From Acidobacteriota bacterium (lineage in GTDB: Bacteria; Actinomycetota; AC-67): a DNA stretch of 64,000 nt. A program made the translations under genes and the position numbers. This document shows positions 50,169 through 60,119 of this stretch, in pieces. The DNA is taken from assembly GCA_016208485.1 (NCBI GenBank), contig JACQXY010000010.1:1431-65430 (forward strand), read 5' to 3'. The notes below the pieces were generated by a model. It was not told the DNA's origin, did no database searches, and saw nothing but the letters and a program-made list of their open reading frames with translations. The stretch's first letter is position 1. Each line of letters opens with the position of its first letter.

Positions 50169-51365
50169 ATGGGCGAGCTGGTCATTCGAGGGGCTCGGCT
50201 CCTGGACGGCCTCGGGTCGGCACCGGTCGAGGGCGCGACGCTCGTGGCAGAGGGCGGGACCATCCGCTTCGCGGGGCCCGGTCCCGCTGCCCCGCCCCCC
50301 TCGGCCGGCGCGGTTGTGCTCGATGCCGGCGGCCGGACGCTTCTTCCCGGGCTGATCGACTGCCACGTCCATCTCTGCCTCGACGGGGTCGCCGACTTCG
50401 TGCGCGAGGCGACCGAGCTGAACCTCGCTTCGGCGGCCCTCAAGGCCGCGCGCAACGCCCGGCTGGCGCTCGAGGCCGGGATCACGGCCGTCCGAGATCT
50501 CGGCGGTCACAAGCGGGCGGTGATCGAGGTCGCGCGGGCGCAGCGCGCCGGCACCGTCGAGGGACCGCGGATACTCACCGCGGCAGAGGTGCTCACGATC
50601 ACCGGAGGGCACGCGCACTTCATCGGTCGCGAGGTCGACACCGCCGACGAGCTGGTGAAGGCGGTGCGGGAGCTCGTGAAGGAGGGCGCCGACGTCATCA
50701 AGCTGATGGCGACCGGCGGGGTGCTGACCCCGGGGATCGGGGCTCTGCGGCCGGCGTTCACCACCGAGCAGATCGCCGCCGCGGTGCGGGAGGCCCACGA
50801 GGCGGGCCGGCGGGTCGCGGCGCACGCGATCGGAGCCGAGGGGATCGTCGCGGCATTGCGCGCCGGGGTCGACTCGGCCGAGCACGGCTGCTACCTGACC
50901 GATGAGGCTCTCGGGCTCCTCGTCTCCTCGGGCGCGCGCCTGGTGGCGACCCTGGTGGCCCCGGAGCGGATCGCCGGCGGCGGCGAGGGGATCCCGGACT
51001 ACGCCGTACGCAAGGCTCGGGAGGTCGCCGGCGCGCACCGCGAGTCGTTCCGGCGCGCGACGGAGGCCGGCGCGCGGATCGCGGCCGGCACCGACGCCGG
51101 GACGCCGTTCAACCCGCACGGCGGCCTCTGGCGCGAGCTGGCGCTCATGCACGATGCCGGCATGCCGCTCGACCGCGTGCTGCGCGCGGTGACGAGCGAG
51201 GCGGCCGACCTCCTGGGGCTCGCCGACGCCGGAGCGCTGGAGTCCGGGCGCGCGGCCGACGCCGTGCTCCTCGATGGGGATCCTCTGGCCGACGCCGGCG
51301 CCTACGGCCGGGTCGCGCTCGTGGTGCAGGCCGGCCGCGTGATTGTCGACCGGAGGGGGCCATGA
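50169..51365 (+). CDS. Metal-dependent amidohydrolase (Xaa-Pro dipeptidase-like)
   Basis: PGLIDCHVH, IKLMATGG, VAAHA, EHG, AGTDAG. Confidence 0.9.
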   Translation: MGELVIRGARLLDGLGSAPVEGATLVAEGGTIRFAGPGPAAPPPSAGAVVLDAGGRTLLPGLIDCHVHLCLDGVADFVREATELNLASAALKAARNARLALEAGITAVRDLGGHKRAVIEVARAQRAGTVEGPRILTAAEVLTITGGHAHFIGREVDTADELVKAVRELVKEGADVIKLMATGGVLTPGIGALRPAFTTEQIAAAVREAHEAGRRVAAHAIGAEGIVAALRAGVDSAEHGCYLTDEALGLLVSSGARLVATLVAPERIAGGGEGIPDYAVRKAREVAGAHRESFRRATEAGARIAAGTDAGTPFNPHGGLWRELALMHDAGMPLDRVLRAVTSEAADLLGLADAGALESGRAADAVLLDGDPLADAGAYGRVALVVQAGRVIVDRRGP

Positions 51366-52132
51366 GGCGCGTGAGGGCGCACGCGATCGAAATCGCCGTC
51401 GACGAGCTGGGGTCGGGCGAGCCGCCGTTCCTCGTCGTGCCGCAGTGGTTCCTGTCGTCGCGCTCGATGCGCGCGAGCGCGCTCGTCCGCCGGCTCGCCG
51501 AGCGCCACCGGGTCGTGCTGTACGACCGGCGCGGCACCGGCGCCTCCGACAAGCCCGGGCCCCCGTACACGACGTCCCGCGACTCGCGCGATCTCGGGGC
51601 GCTCGCGGAGTCCCTCGGACTGCGCGACCTGGTGGTCCTCGGCACGGGGGTTCGCGGCAGCCAGGTCGCGCTGCACTTCGCCGGGCACTTCCCCGAGCGC
51701 GTGCGCGCGATCGTCTGCATCGGCGGGACGCCGCGATGGGGGGGCGGTCCCGAATGGCCGTACGGCATCGGCGAGGACGCGTGGGCCCGCGCCTACGGCG
51801 AGCTGGAAGCGCGCGGCGACGACTCGCCGCCGCGGGGAGCCTCGCTCGCGATGCGCGAGGACTGGGCGGCGGCCGGCCGCGAGGCGGCGATGGACATGCT
51901 CCGGCACACGCGCGAGGAGGACCTCCGGCCCTTCCTCGCGCGGGTCACGTCCCCCACGCTCGTGGTGCACCTGGCCGGCGACCCGGTCGTCCCGTTCGAG
52001 GCGGCCCGGTGGCTCGCCGAGAGCCTCCCCTCCGGCACCCTCGAGGTCTTCGAGGCGCCGCGTGAGATCCCCCTGCACGTCCCGGAGGATCTGGTCGCCC
52101 ACGTCGAGGAGTTCCTCGCGAGCCTCGGGTAG
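51362..52132 (+). CDS. Alpha/beta hydrolase-fold protein (atypical nucleophile elbow GTGVRG)
   Basis: YDRRGTGASD, PTLVVH..DPVVP. Confidence 0.75.
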   Translation: MRRVRAHAIEIAVDELGSGEPPFLVVPQWFLSSRSMRASALVRRLAERHRVVLYDRRGTGASDKPGPPYTTSRDSRDLGALAESLGLRDLVVLGTGVRGSQVALHFAGHFPERVRAIVCIGGTPRWGGGPEWPYGIGEDAWARAYGELEARGDDSPPRGASLAMREDWAAAGREAAMDMLRHTREEDLRPFLARVTSPTLVVHLAGDPVVPFEAARWLAESLPSGTLEVFEAPREIPLHVPEDLVAHVEEFLASLG

Positions 52133-52246
52133 AGGTCCCGCCGACCCGGCACCGGATTTCCGCCCCCCCGATCCCGCAGGCTACGATCTCGCCGGCGGCG
52201 CCGCCCGTGCCGGGACCGGCGCGTCCGACGACGAGGAGGTGCCCAG

Positions 52247-53422
52247 ATGAGCGCGATCCAGATCCCCCAGGAGCTGCTCGAGCTGCGCGCGGCCATCCAC
52301 GACTTCTGCGAGCGCGAGATCCGTCCGGTCGAGGCGAGGTACGCGCAGGAGCTGAACGAGACCGGTGTGATCGCGAACGCCGAGGAGGAGCGCCGCAAGC
52401 TGCGCAAGAAGTCGGCCGCGCTCGGCTACTACAGCCTGCACATGCCGGAGGATCTGGGCGGCGGGGGGCTCTCGTACCTCGGCCAGGCCCTGGTACACGA
52501 GGAGGTTGCCCGGAGCGGGCTGCTGCTCGCGAGCCGCGGCGGCCTGCTCCCCTCCGTCGAGGGGCCGACGATCATCCTCGCCGACTGCACCCCCGATCAG
52601 CGCGCGCGTTTCCTCGATCCGCTCATGCGCGCGGAGAAGGAGATGTGCTTCGCCCTCACCGAGCCGGGAGCCGGCTCCGACGCCACCGCCATCTCGACGA
52701 AAGCCGAGCGCAGGAACGGCTCGTGGGTCGTCAACGGGAGCAAGCACTTCATCACGCACGGGGCCGAGGCGGACTTCGCCGTCGTCTACGCCGTGACGGA
52801 CCCGGCCAAGCGCGCGCGGGGCGGGATCACCGCGTTCTTCGTGGAGAAGGGGACGCCGGGGTTCGCGGTGAGCCGCCTCCAGCACACGGCCTCGACGGTC
52901 GATTGCCCGGCCGAGCTGACCTTCAGCGACTGCGCCGTCCCCGAGGAGAACGTCCTCGGTGAGGTCGGCAACGGCTTCTACTCGGCGATGCGCTGGATCA
53001 ACGGCGGCCGGATGAACGTGGCGACCTCCGCGCTCGGGATCGCCCAGCACCTGTTCGACCGGATGCTCGACTATGCGAAGACGCGAGTCGCGTTCGGCTC
53101 ACCGATCGGCAAGAACCAGTACATCCAGGGGTACATCGTGGATTCGTGGTGCGAGCTGGAGTCGGCGCGCGTGCTCGTCTACGAGATGGCCTCACGGATC
53201 GACGACGGGGCCGACGGGCGGCGTGAGGCGGCGGCGGCGAAGCTGGTCGCGACGGAGATGGTCGGGCGGGTCGCCGACCGCGCGATCCAAGTCTTCGGCG
53301 GGAACGGCTTCATGGTGGAGATGGGGATCGAGCGGTTCTGGCGGGAGGTGCGCGCGCAGCGCCTCTACGAGGGGACGAGCGAGATCCTGCGCAACAACAT
53401 CGCCAAGACGCTCGGGCTGTAG
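52247..53422 (+). CDS. Acyl-CoA dehydrogenase
   Basis: FALTEPGAGSD, NGSKHFIT, QVFGGNG, LYEGTSEI. Confidence 0.93.
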   Translation: MSAIQIPQELLELRAAIHDFCEREIRPVEARYAQELNETGVIANAEEERRKLRKKSAALGYYSLHMPEDLGGGGLSYLGQALVHEEVARSGLLLASRGGLLPSVEGPTIILADCTPDQRARFLDPLMRAEKEMCFALTEPGAGSDATAISTKAERRNGSWVVNGSKHFITHGAEADFAVVYAVTDPAKRARGGITAFFVEKGTPGFAVSRLQHTASTVDCPAELTFSDCAVPEENVLGEVGNGFYSAMRWINGGRMNVATSALGIAQHLFDRMLDYAKTRVAFGSPIGKNQYIQGYIVDSWCELESARVLVYEMASRIDDGADGRREAAAAKLVATEMVGRVADRAIQVFGGNGFMVEMGIERFWREVRAQRLYEGTSEILRNNIAKTLGL

Positions 53423-53427
53423 GCGCG

Positions 53428-54420
53428 ATGACCGAGCGCCTCGCTTGCTTCGTCACCCCCGGCCGGTCGCTCGCCGGCGCGACCGAGCGCGTCCGCCTCG
53501 CCGAGCAACTCGGATACGAGGCGGTGTTCACGACCCACATCGCCGGGCGCGACGCGCTGATGGTGCTCGCCGCCTACGCGTCCGGCACCTCCTCGATCAA
53601 GCTCGGCACCGGGGTGGTCCAGGCGCTCCCCCGCCACCCGATCGCGCTGGCGCAAGAGGCCGCGACGCTCGACGAGATCTCCGGCGGGCGGCTCATCCTC
53701 GGGATCGGGCCCTCGCACCGCGTGACGATGGAGACCTGGTTCGGGATCCCGATGGACCGGCCGTTCTCCCGGATGAAGGAGTACGTGCGGATCCTGCGCT
53801 CGGTGTTCCGGACCGACGGTGCCGAGTTCGACGGCGAGTTCTACAAGGCGCAGTTCGGCTTCCTCGGGTACGGCGCGCGCAAGGATCTGCCCGTCTATCT
53901 TGCGGCGCTCGCGCCGAACATGCTTCGGTTCGCCGGCGCCGAGTGCGACGGCGTGATCCTGTGGGGATGCATGCCCTCGTACATCCGCGAGGTCGTTGCT
54001 CCCACGGTGCGCGCGGCCGCGACGGAGGCCGGGCGGGACCCCGCCTCGGTCGAGATCGTCGCGGGGATCCCGGCCGCCGTGACGGGGAACCCGGCCGCGG
54101 CGAGGGAGTCCTTCCGCGGTGAGTTCTTCCCCTACATGACCCTGCCCTTCTACCGGCGGGTGATCCGCGGCGCGGGATTCGCCGGTGAGGTGGACGCCTT
54201 CGACCGCGCGAGCGCCGGCGACGACTTCGCGGGCGCTCTCGCCGCGATCAGCGACCGGATGCTCGGGCACTTCGCCGCGATCGGGACCCCCGAGGAGGTG
54301 CGCGCGAAGATCGCGGAGTACCGGGAGGCGGGCGTCACTCTCCCGGCCGTCGCCCCGTTTTCGACCGGCGAGGGCGAGGCCGGGTCCGACGCGACCCTTC
54401 GGGCCGCGATCGGAGCGTAG
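53428..54420 (+). CDS. LLM-class (likely F420-dependent) oxidoreductase
   Basis: AEQLGY, IKLGTGV, TLDEISGGRLILGIG, VYLAAL.P.ML. Confidence 0.88.
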   Translation: MTERLACFVTPGRSLAGATERVRLAEQLGYEAVFTTHIAGRDALMVLAAYASGTSSIKLGTGVVQALPRHPIALAQEAATLDEISGGRLILGIGPSHRVTMETWFGIPMDRPFSRMKEYVRILRSVFRTDGAEFDGEFYKAQFGFLGYGARKDLPVYLAALAPNMLRFAGAECDGVILWGCMPSYIREVVAPTVRAAATEAGRDPASVEIVAGIPAAVTGNPAAARESFRGEFFPYMTLPFYRRVIRGAGFAGEVDAFDRASAGDDFAGALAAISDRMLGHFAAIGTPEEVRAKIAEYREAGVTLPAVAPFSTGEGEAGSDATLRAAIGA

Positions 54421-54454
54421 CGCGCGCGATCGACCTCTCGAGCCCGTGGCGCGG

Positions 54455-55660
54455 CTACTCGGAGAGCAACCCGCGCGCCGCCGCCTGCGCCTCGGCGAAG
54501 ATCTCCTTGAGAGGCCGGCCGGTCGCGCGCGCGACCTCCGCGCAGTCGGCGAACTCCGGAGCGGCGCCGCTGGCGCGGCCTGCGGCGTCCCTCGAGACCT
54601 TCACCCGGACCGGGTGCCCGGCGACCTCCACGCGCGCCGTCTCACGCGGCAGCGTCCACTTCTCGACCAAGCGGCGCCGGACCCCGAGGGTGGTCGTCTC
54701 CGCGAAGAGGACGTCGCGGAGCGCTCGCTCGGCGCCCTGGTCGCAGAGTACCGAGAGCGTGACGGCCGGCCGGCTCTTCTTCATCACGACCGGCGTGATC
54801 CACGCGTCCTGGGCGCCGGCCGCGAAAAGCCGCTCGAGCACGTACTCGTACAGCTCGGGGTTCATGTCGTCGATGTTCGTCTCCAGCACCAGCGCCGGGA
54901 GCGGCCCGTAGGCGTCCTCGACGCCGGCCGGCTCGCCGACGATGAGCCGGAGCACGTTGGGGATCTCCAGCTCGCGGCTCCCGGCGCCGTAGCCGACCGC
55001 CGCGACGCGCATCGGAGGAAGCTCGCCGTAGGCGCGCGCGGTCGCCGCGAGGATCGCCGCGCCGGTCGGGGTGACCAGCTCGCTCGGGATGCCGCGCGAG
55101 TACAGCGGCGCCCCTTTCAGCAGCTCGACGACGGCCGGGCCTGGGATCGGCAGGATCCCGTGCTCCGTTCGAGTCATGCCCATCCCGGTCGCCACCGCGG
55201 AGGCGTGGACGCGCTCGATCCCGAGGTGGTCGAGCCCGATCGCCGCGCCCACGATGTCCACGATGGTGTCCACGTTGCCGAGCTCGTGGAAGACCACGTG
55301 CTCGACGTCCTTGCGATGGACCTTCGCCTCGGCCTCCGCGAGGCGCCGGAAGGCGTCGAGGGCGACCTGCCGCGCGCGGGGCGGCAGATCGCCCTCCTCG
55401 ATGAGCGCGCGCACGCTCGAGTAGGTGCGCAGGACGCCGCCCTCGGCAGCGCGCACGCGCACGTGCGTCGCCGCGAGCCCCTGGCGCTCCACGTGGGTGA
55501 CGTCCAGCTCGAACGGCTCGAGAGGGATCTTGCGGAGCGGATCGGCGATCTCGTCGAGCGGTACCCCGGCGTCGATGAGCGCTCCGAGCACCATGTCGCC
55601 GGAGATACCCGCGAAGCAGTCGAAGTATGCAATGCGGCCGGCCGGGCGGGGGTCGGTCAC
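54455..55660 (-). CDS. larC: Nickel-pincer cofactor biosynthesis protein
   Basis: YFDCFAGISGDM, FHELG..D, ELVTPTGAA, ETNIDD, MKKSRP, ETTTLGVR. Confidence 0.93.
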   Translation of the reverse strand: MTDPRPAGRIAYFDCFAGISGDMVLGALIDAGVPLDEIADPLRKIPLEPFELDVTHVERQGLAATHVRVRAAEGGVLRTYSSVRALIEEGDLPPRARQVALDAFRRLAEAEAKVHRKDVEHVVFHELGNVDTIVDIVGAAIGLDHLGIERVHASAVATGMGMTRTEHGILPIPGPAVVELLKGAPLYSRGIPSELVTPTGAAILAATARAYGELPPMRVAAVGYGAGSRELEIPNVLRLIVGEPAGVEDAYGPLPALVLETNIDDMNPELYEYVLERLFAAGAQDAWITPVVMKKSRPAVTLSVLCDQGAERALRDVLFAETTTLGVRRRLVEKWTLPRETARVEVAGHPVRVKVSRDAAGRASGAAPEFADCAEVARATGRPLKEIFAEAQAAARGLLSE

Positions 55661-56409
55661 GACGGCTCCCCCAGGATGCGCGCGGCGATCGCCGCGGCTC
55701 CGAAACCGTTGTCGATGTTCGCCACAGCGACTCCCGGCGCGCAAGAGTTGAGCATCGTGAGCAGCGCGGCGAGCCCGCCGAAGGAGGCGCCGTAGCCGAC
55801 GCTCGTCGGTACCGCGACGACCGGCGCGCCCACGAGCCCGGCGATCGCCGAGGGCAGCGCCCCGTCCATCCCGGCGACCACGATCACGACGTCGACGCCC
55901 GCGAGGAGGTCCTCGACGGCGAGCAGCCGGTGCACCCCGGCCACGCCGACGTCGGCGACCCGCTCGACCTTCGCGCCGAGCGCCTCCGCGGCGAAGGCGG
56001 CCTCGTCGGCGACCGGCAGATCGGAGGTCCCGGCCGTCACGACCGCCACCCGCCCGGTGGGCGCCCCCCCGGCGCTCCGGAGCACGATCAGGCCGGCGGG
56101 CTCGTGGAAGGTCGCCTCCGGGGCGAGATCCCGCACGGCCTCGAAGTGCTCGGGGCCGGCCTTGGTCGCGAGCACGGCGCCGCCGGAAGACCCCAGCATC
56201 GCGCGCGCGATCTCGCGGAGCTGGCCGGGGGTCTTCGAGCGGGCGTAGATGGCTTCCGGGAGGCCGGTCCGGAGCGGCCGGTGAGTGTCGATGCGCGCAT
56301 ACCCGAGATCAACGACCGGCAACCGCGCGAGCCGCCGGGCGGCCTCCGCCGGGGCGACCTCGCCCCCGGCGACGGCCTCGAGGAGGGCGTCTAGCGCGGG
56401 TCGGTCCAC
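55657..56409 (-). CDS. larB: Nickel-pincer cofactor carboxylase/hydrolase
   Basis: AGTSDLPVADEA, DVGVAGVHRL, AGMDGAL, PTSVGYGA, NIDNGFGA. Confidence 0.93.
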   Translation of the reverse strand: MDRPALDALLEAVAGGEVAPAEAARRLARLPVVDLGYARIDTHRPLRTGLPEAIYARSKTPGQLREIARAMLGSSGGAVLATKAGPEHFEAVRDLAPEATFHEPAGLIVLRSAGGAPTGRVAVVTAGTSDLPVADEAAFAAEALGAKVERVADVGVAGVHRLLAVEDLLAGVDVVIVVAGMDGALPSAIAGLVGAPVVAVPTSVGYGASFGGLAALLTMLNSCAPGVAVANIDNGFGAAAIAARILGEPS

Positions 56410-56464
56410 GGCGCCTATCGTATACTCGCGCACTCCGCGGGGGGCCGCGGCCGCGCGGAGCCCA

Positions 56465-56959
56465 ATGTCTCTGAGCCCGGACTCGACTTCCGCCCTCGCC
56501 CTGGTCGGGGTGGGGCTCGCCGTCGTCGCCGTGGCCGTGGCGGCGATGCTCGCCCTTCGGTTCGCGCGCCTGCAACGCGCGTACGCCGTGCTTCAAGGGG
56601 GCTCCGGCCACGAGGACTTCGTCACCGCCGTCGGGCGTCACGTCGAGGCGGCGAGGACCCTGGAGGAGCAGGTGGACGGGCTGCGCGGAGCCACCGAGTC
56701 GCTCGCCCGGGCGCTCGATCGGGCGGTCCAGCGCGTCGGCCTGGTACGCTTCGATGCCTTCGAGGACATGGGAGGGCACCTGTCTTTCTCCGCCGCCCTG
56801 CTCGACGGAAAGGGCGACGGGCTCGTGCTGACGACGATCAGCGGGCGATCGGACAGCCGCTTCTACGCGAAGCCGGTCGAGGGAGGGGTCAGCCGGTACA
56901 ACCTTTCCGAGGAGGAGCGCGAGGCCATTCGCAGGGCTCTCGCCGCTCCGCGGGGGTGA
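56465..56959 (+). CDS. DUF4446 family membrane protein
   Basis: TM; VGLVRFDAFEDMGGHLSFSAALLD...YAKP...LSEEE. Confidence 0.85.
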   Translation: MSLSPDSTSALALVGVGLAVVAVAVAAMLALRFARLQRAYAVLQGGSGHEDFVTAVGRHVEAARTLEEQVDGLRGATESLARALDRAVQRVGLVRFDAFEDMGGHLSFSAALLDGKGDGLVLTTISGRSDSRFYAKPVEGGVSRYNLSEEEREAIRRALAAPRG

Positions 56960-57447
56960 TGATGGTGGCATGGGGAAAGCGCAGCGAGCAGGAGGACGGC
57001 CGCGGGGCGGCCGAGGTTCCGGCGCCGGAGCCGGACCGCACGGGATTCCGACCAGGTGAGGTGAGGAGCGTGCCGGATCGTGACGCGGAGGTGACGGTGA
57101 TCGGCCCGGGAGCGCGGCTCGAGGGGCTTCTGGTCTCGGGAGGGACGCTCCGGATCGAGGGCGAGGTGAAGGGCGAGGTGCGGGCGGAGGGCGGCGTCCT
57201 CATCGCCCCGTCGGCGAAGGTCGAGGCCGAGGTTCGCGCTCAGAGCCTTCGCGTCGAGGGCCGCTACGTCGGCAACGCCGAGGTCTCCTCTCTCGCCGAG
57301 CTGGGAGCGACCGCGCAGGTCCAGGGCAATCTCACGTGTGGTGCGCTCGTCGTGGCCGAGGGCGCGGTTTTCAACGGCCAGACGGCGATGAGCGCCGGCG
57401 CGCCGGTTATCGCGCTCCCGGAGATGGGATCGGCCGAACAAGGGTGA
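56956..57447 (+). CDS. Bactofilin (polymer-forming cytoskeletal protein)
   Basis: TVIGPGARLEG..LRIEG.VKG...V.GN....LVVAEGAVFNG. Confidence 0.88.
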   Translation: MMMVAWGKRSEQEDGRGAAEVPAPEPDRTGFRPGEVRSVPDRDAEVTVIGPGARLEGLLVSGGTLRIEGEVKGEVRAEGGVLIAPSAKVEAEVRAQSLRVEGRYVGNAEVSSLAELGATAQVQGNLTCGALVVAEGAVFNGQTAMSAGAPVIALPEMGSAEQG

Positions 57448-57454
57448 GCGCCGC

Positions 57455-58300
57455 GTGAGGCTCGCCTATCTCGGTCCCCCCGGGACGTTCACCGAGGAGG
57501 CGCTCCTGTGCGCGCCGGAGGCCGCTGGCGCGGAGCTGGCGCCGCTCTCGACGGTGCCCGATGTGATCGCTTCGGTCGCGAGCGGCGACGCGTGGGCCGG
57601 CATGGTTCCGATCGAGAACTCGATCGAGGGCTCGGTCAACGTGACCCTCGACACGCTCGCGTTCGACTCCGAGGGAGTCTGGATCGTCCGCGAGGTTGTG
57701 CGCCCGATCCGGCACGCCCTCCTCGCGCGCCGGGGGCTCCGGGCGTCCGACCTCACGGCGGTCGTCTCGCATCCGCACGCCACGGCGCAGTGCCGAGGGT
57801 TCCTCGCGCGGGTCCTGCCGCGCGCGGAGGTGCGCGCCGCCAACTCCACGTCGGAGGCGGCGCGCGAGGTCGCGTCGCGCCCGGAGCCCTGGGGCGCGAT
57901 CGGCGCGCGGCTCGCCGCCGAGCTGTACGGCTTGGAGGTTCTCGTCGCCGACATCGAGGACCGGCGCGAGAACACCTCGCGCTTCGTGCTCGTCGCGCGC
58001 GATCGCCCGGCGCCTACCGGCTCGGACAAGACCTCGGTCGTGTGCTTCATCGAGAAGGACCGGCCGGGGTCGCTGCTCGCGATCCTGCACGAGTTCGGCG
58101 ACCGGGGGATCAACCTCACCAAGCTCGAGTCGCGCCCGACTAAGGAGCGCCTCGGCGAGTACTGCTTCTTCATCGACATGGAGGGCCACGCCGAGGAGCC
58201 GCCGGTGCGCCACGCGATCGAGTCGCTGCGCACCAAGATCCTCGACGTGAAGATCCTCGGGTCCTATCCGCGCGCGCCGATCTCCGGGTCCGAGGAGTGA
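57455..58300 (+). CDS. pheA: Prephenate dehydratase
   Basis: AYLGPPGTFTE, VPIENSIEG, NTSRF, LTKLESRP. Confidence 0.95.
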   Translation: MRLAYLGPPGTFTEEALLCAPEAAGAELAPLSTVPDVIASVASGDAWAGMVPIENSIEGSVNVTLDTLAFDSEGVWIVREVVRPIRHALLARRGLRASDLTAVVSHPHATAQCRGFLARVLPRAEVRAANSTSEAAREVASRPEPWGAIGARLAAELYGLEVLVADIEDRRENTSRFVLVARDRPAPTGSDKTSVVCFIEKDRPGSLLAILHEFGDRGINLTKLESRPTKERLGEYCFFIDMEGHAEEPPVRHAIESLRTKILDVKILGSYPRAPISGSEE

Positions 58301-59559
58301 TGCTCGACCTCAAGCTGATCCGCCAAGACCCGGAGGGGGTGCGCGCGGCCGTGCGACGCCGCGGATCCGAGCTTCCGGTCGAGGAGGTCCTCGGCCTGGA
58401 CCGGCGCCGGCGTGAGGCTCAGGCCCGCCTGGACGAGCTGCGGGCAGAGCAGAAGCGCGCGAGCAAGGAGGTCCCACGCTTGGAGGGGGAGGAGCGCTCG
58501 GCGGCGCTCGGGCGGCTGAAGGACTTGTCCGACGAGATCTCCGCGCTCGAAGGCGAGCAGGAGAGGCTCGCCGCGGGCCTGCGCGAGTTGCTCCTCGCGA
58601 TCCCGAACGTCCCGCACTCGAGCGTTCCCGAGGGGCTGACCGAGGACCACAACGTCGTGGTTCGGACCTGGGGCGAGCCCGCCGCGATCGAGGGCGAGGC
58701 CCGCGACCACTTGGACATCGGCGCGGCGCTCGATCTGATCGACGTTGAGCGCGCCGCGCGGGCGTCCGGGTCCAGGTTCGGGTACCTGAAGCGCGAGGCG
58801 GCGCTGCTCGAGTTCGCGCTCGTGCGGTTCGTCCTCGACCGGCTCGGACGGCACGGGTTCGTGCCGGTGGTGCCTCCGGCGCTCGTGCGCCGCGAGATCC
58901 TCGAGGGGACCGGAGCGCTGATGGCGGGGGAGCAGCAGATCTACCGCACGGCCGACGACGACCTGTACCTGATCGGGACCTCCGAGGTCGCGCTCGCCGC
59001 GCTGCACGCCGGCGAGGTCCTCGACGCGGCGGCGCTCCCCGTGCGCTACGCGGGATTTTCGACCTGCTTCCGGCGCGAGGCCGGGACCCACGGGAAGGAC
59101 ACGCGCGGCATCTTCCGCGTGCACCAGTTCGACAAGGTCGAGATGTTCTCCTACTGCCACCCGGATGGCTCGTGGGAAGAGCACGAGCTGATGCTCGCGC
59201 GCGAGGAGGAGATCCTGCAGGCGCTCGAGATCCCCTATCGGGTGGTCGCGCTCTGCGCGGGCGACCTGTACGGGCCTTCGGCGAAGTCCTACGACTTGGA
59301 GGCGTGGTTCCCGGGGCAGGGACGTTACCGTGAGACGACCTCGTGCTCGAACTGCACCGACTACCAGGCGCGCCGGCTGAACGTGCGGTTCCGCGGCGAG
59401 GGCGGTGCTCGCCTGGTCCACATGCTGAACGGCACCGCGGTCGCCGTCGGGCGCACGCTCGCGGCGATCCTCGAGAACCACCAGCGCGCGGACGGGAGCG
59501 TCTCGGTGCCCGAAGCGCTCCGGCCGTACGCGGGCTTCGACCGCATCGGCCCGCGCTGA
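58297..59559 (+). CDS. serS: Serine--tRNA ligase
   Basis: LIGTSE, CFRREAG, GIFRVHQFDKVE, SCSNCTDYQARRL, HMLNGTA. Confidence 0.97.
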   Translation: MMLDLKLIRQDPEGVRAAVRRRGSELPVEEVLGLDRRRREAQARLDELRAEQKRASKEVPRLEGEERSAALGRLKDLSDEISALEGEQERLAAGLRELLLAIPNVPHSSVPEGLTEDHNVVVRTWGEPAAIEGEARDHLDIGAALDLIDVERAARASGSRFGYLKREAALLEFALVRFVLDRLGRHGFVPVVPPALVRREILEGTGALMAGEQQIYRTADDDLYLIGTSEVALAALHAGEVLDAAALPVRYAGFSTCFRREAGTHGKDTRGIFRVHQFDKVEMFSYCHPDGSWEEHELMLAREEEILQALEIPYRVVALCAGDLYGPSAKSYDLEAWFPGQGRYRETTSCSNCTDYQARRLNVRFRGEGGARLVHMLNGTAVAVGRTLAAILENHQRADGSVSVPEALRPYAGFDRIGPR

Positions 59560-59564
59560 GGCTT

Positions 59565-59630
<66 letters not shown>

Positions 59631-59734
59631 CACGCGCTCCGGGGCGCATTCAGATCTGAATACGCAATTCAGCCCTGAATCGAGGCACGAGGGGGCATGA
59701 CCCCGGCGAGCGGAGGGCGCGCTACCCTTTGGAC

Positions 59735-59824
59735 GGAGGGCTAGGCTAACTGGACAAGCCAGCGGCCTTGAAAACCGCCACGCCGGCTAACACCGGCATC
59801 GGGGTTCGAGTCCCCGGCCCTCCG
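59735..59824 (+). tRNA. tRNA-Ser(TGA)
   Basis: GGAGGGC/GCCCTCC acceptor, loop CTTGAAA, long variable arm, GGTTCGAGTCC. Confidence 0.9.
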
Positions 59825-59865
59825 CGCGGCACCGTCTGGCGCGGAGCCCTAGTACACCCCGCGCG

Positions 59866-59888
59866 CATGCGCTAATGTGCAGCGCATG
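59866..59888 (+). promoter_or_regulatory. Inverted-repeat operator over -10 and start of antitoxin gene
   Basis: CATGCGCT-7-AGCGCATG; TAATGT 7 nt before the ATG. Confidence 0.6.
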
Positions 59889-60119
59889 AAGACCAGGATG
59901 ATCCAGATCCGCAACGTCCCCGAGCCGGTCCACCGGACGCTCAAGGTGCGAGCCGCGCAGGAGGGCCTTTCTCTGTCCGACTACCTGCTGAGAGAGATCG
60001 CGACGGTCGCGCGTCGCCCCACCCTGGACGAACTCGTCGCCGCCATGCAGGCCGATGGTTCCGTGACTCCATCGGAGAGCTCGGCGGAGGCGGTTCGTGC
60101 AGAGCGCCGCGCTCGATGA
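59886..60119 (+). CDS. FitA-like ribbon-helix-helix antitoxin
   Basis: IQIRNVPEPVHRTLKVRAA..GLSLSDYL. Confidence 0.88.
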   Translation: MKTRMIQIRNVPEPVHRTLKVRAAQEGLSLSDYLLREIATVARRPTLDELVAAMQADGSVTPSESSAEAVRAERRAR

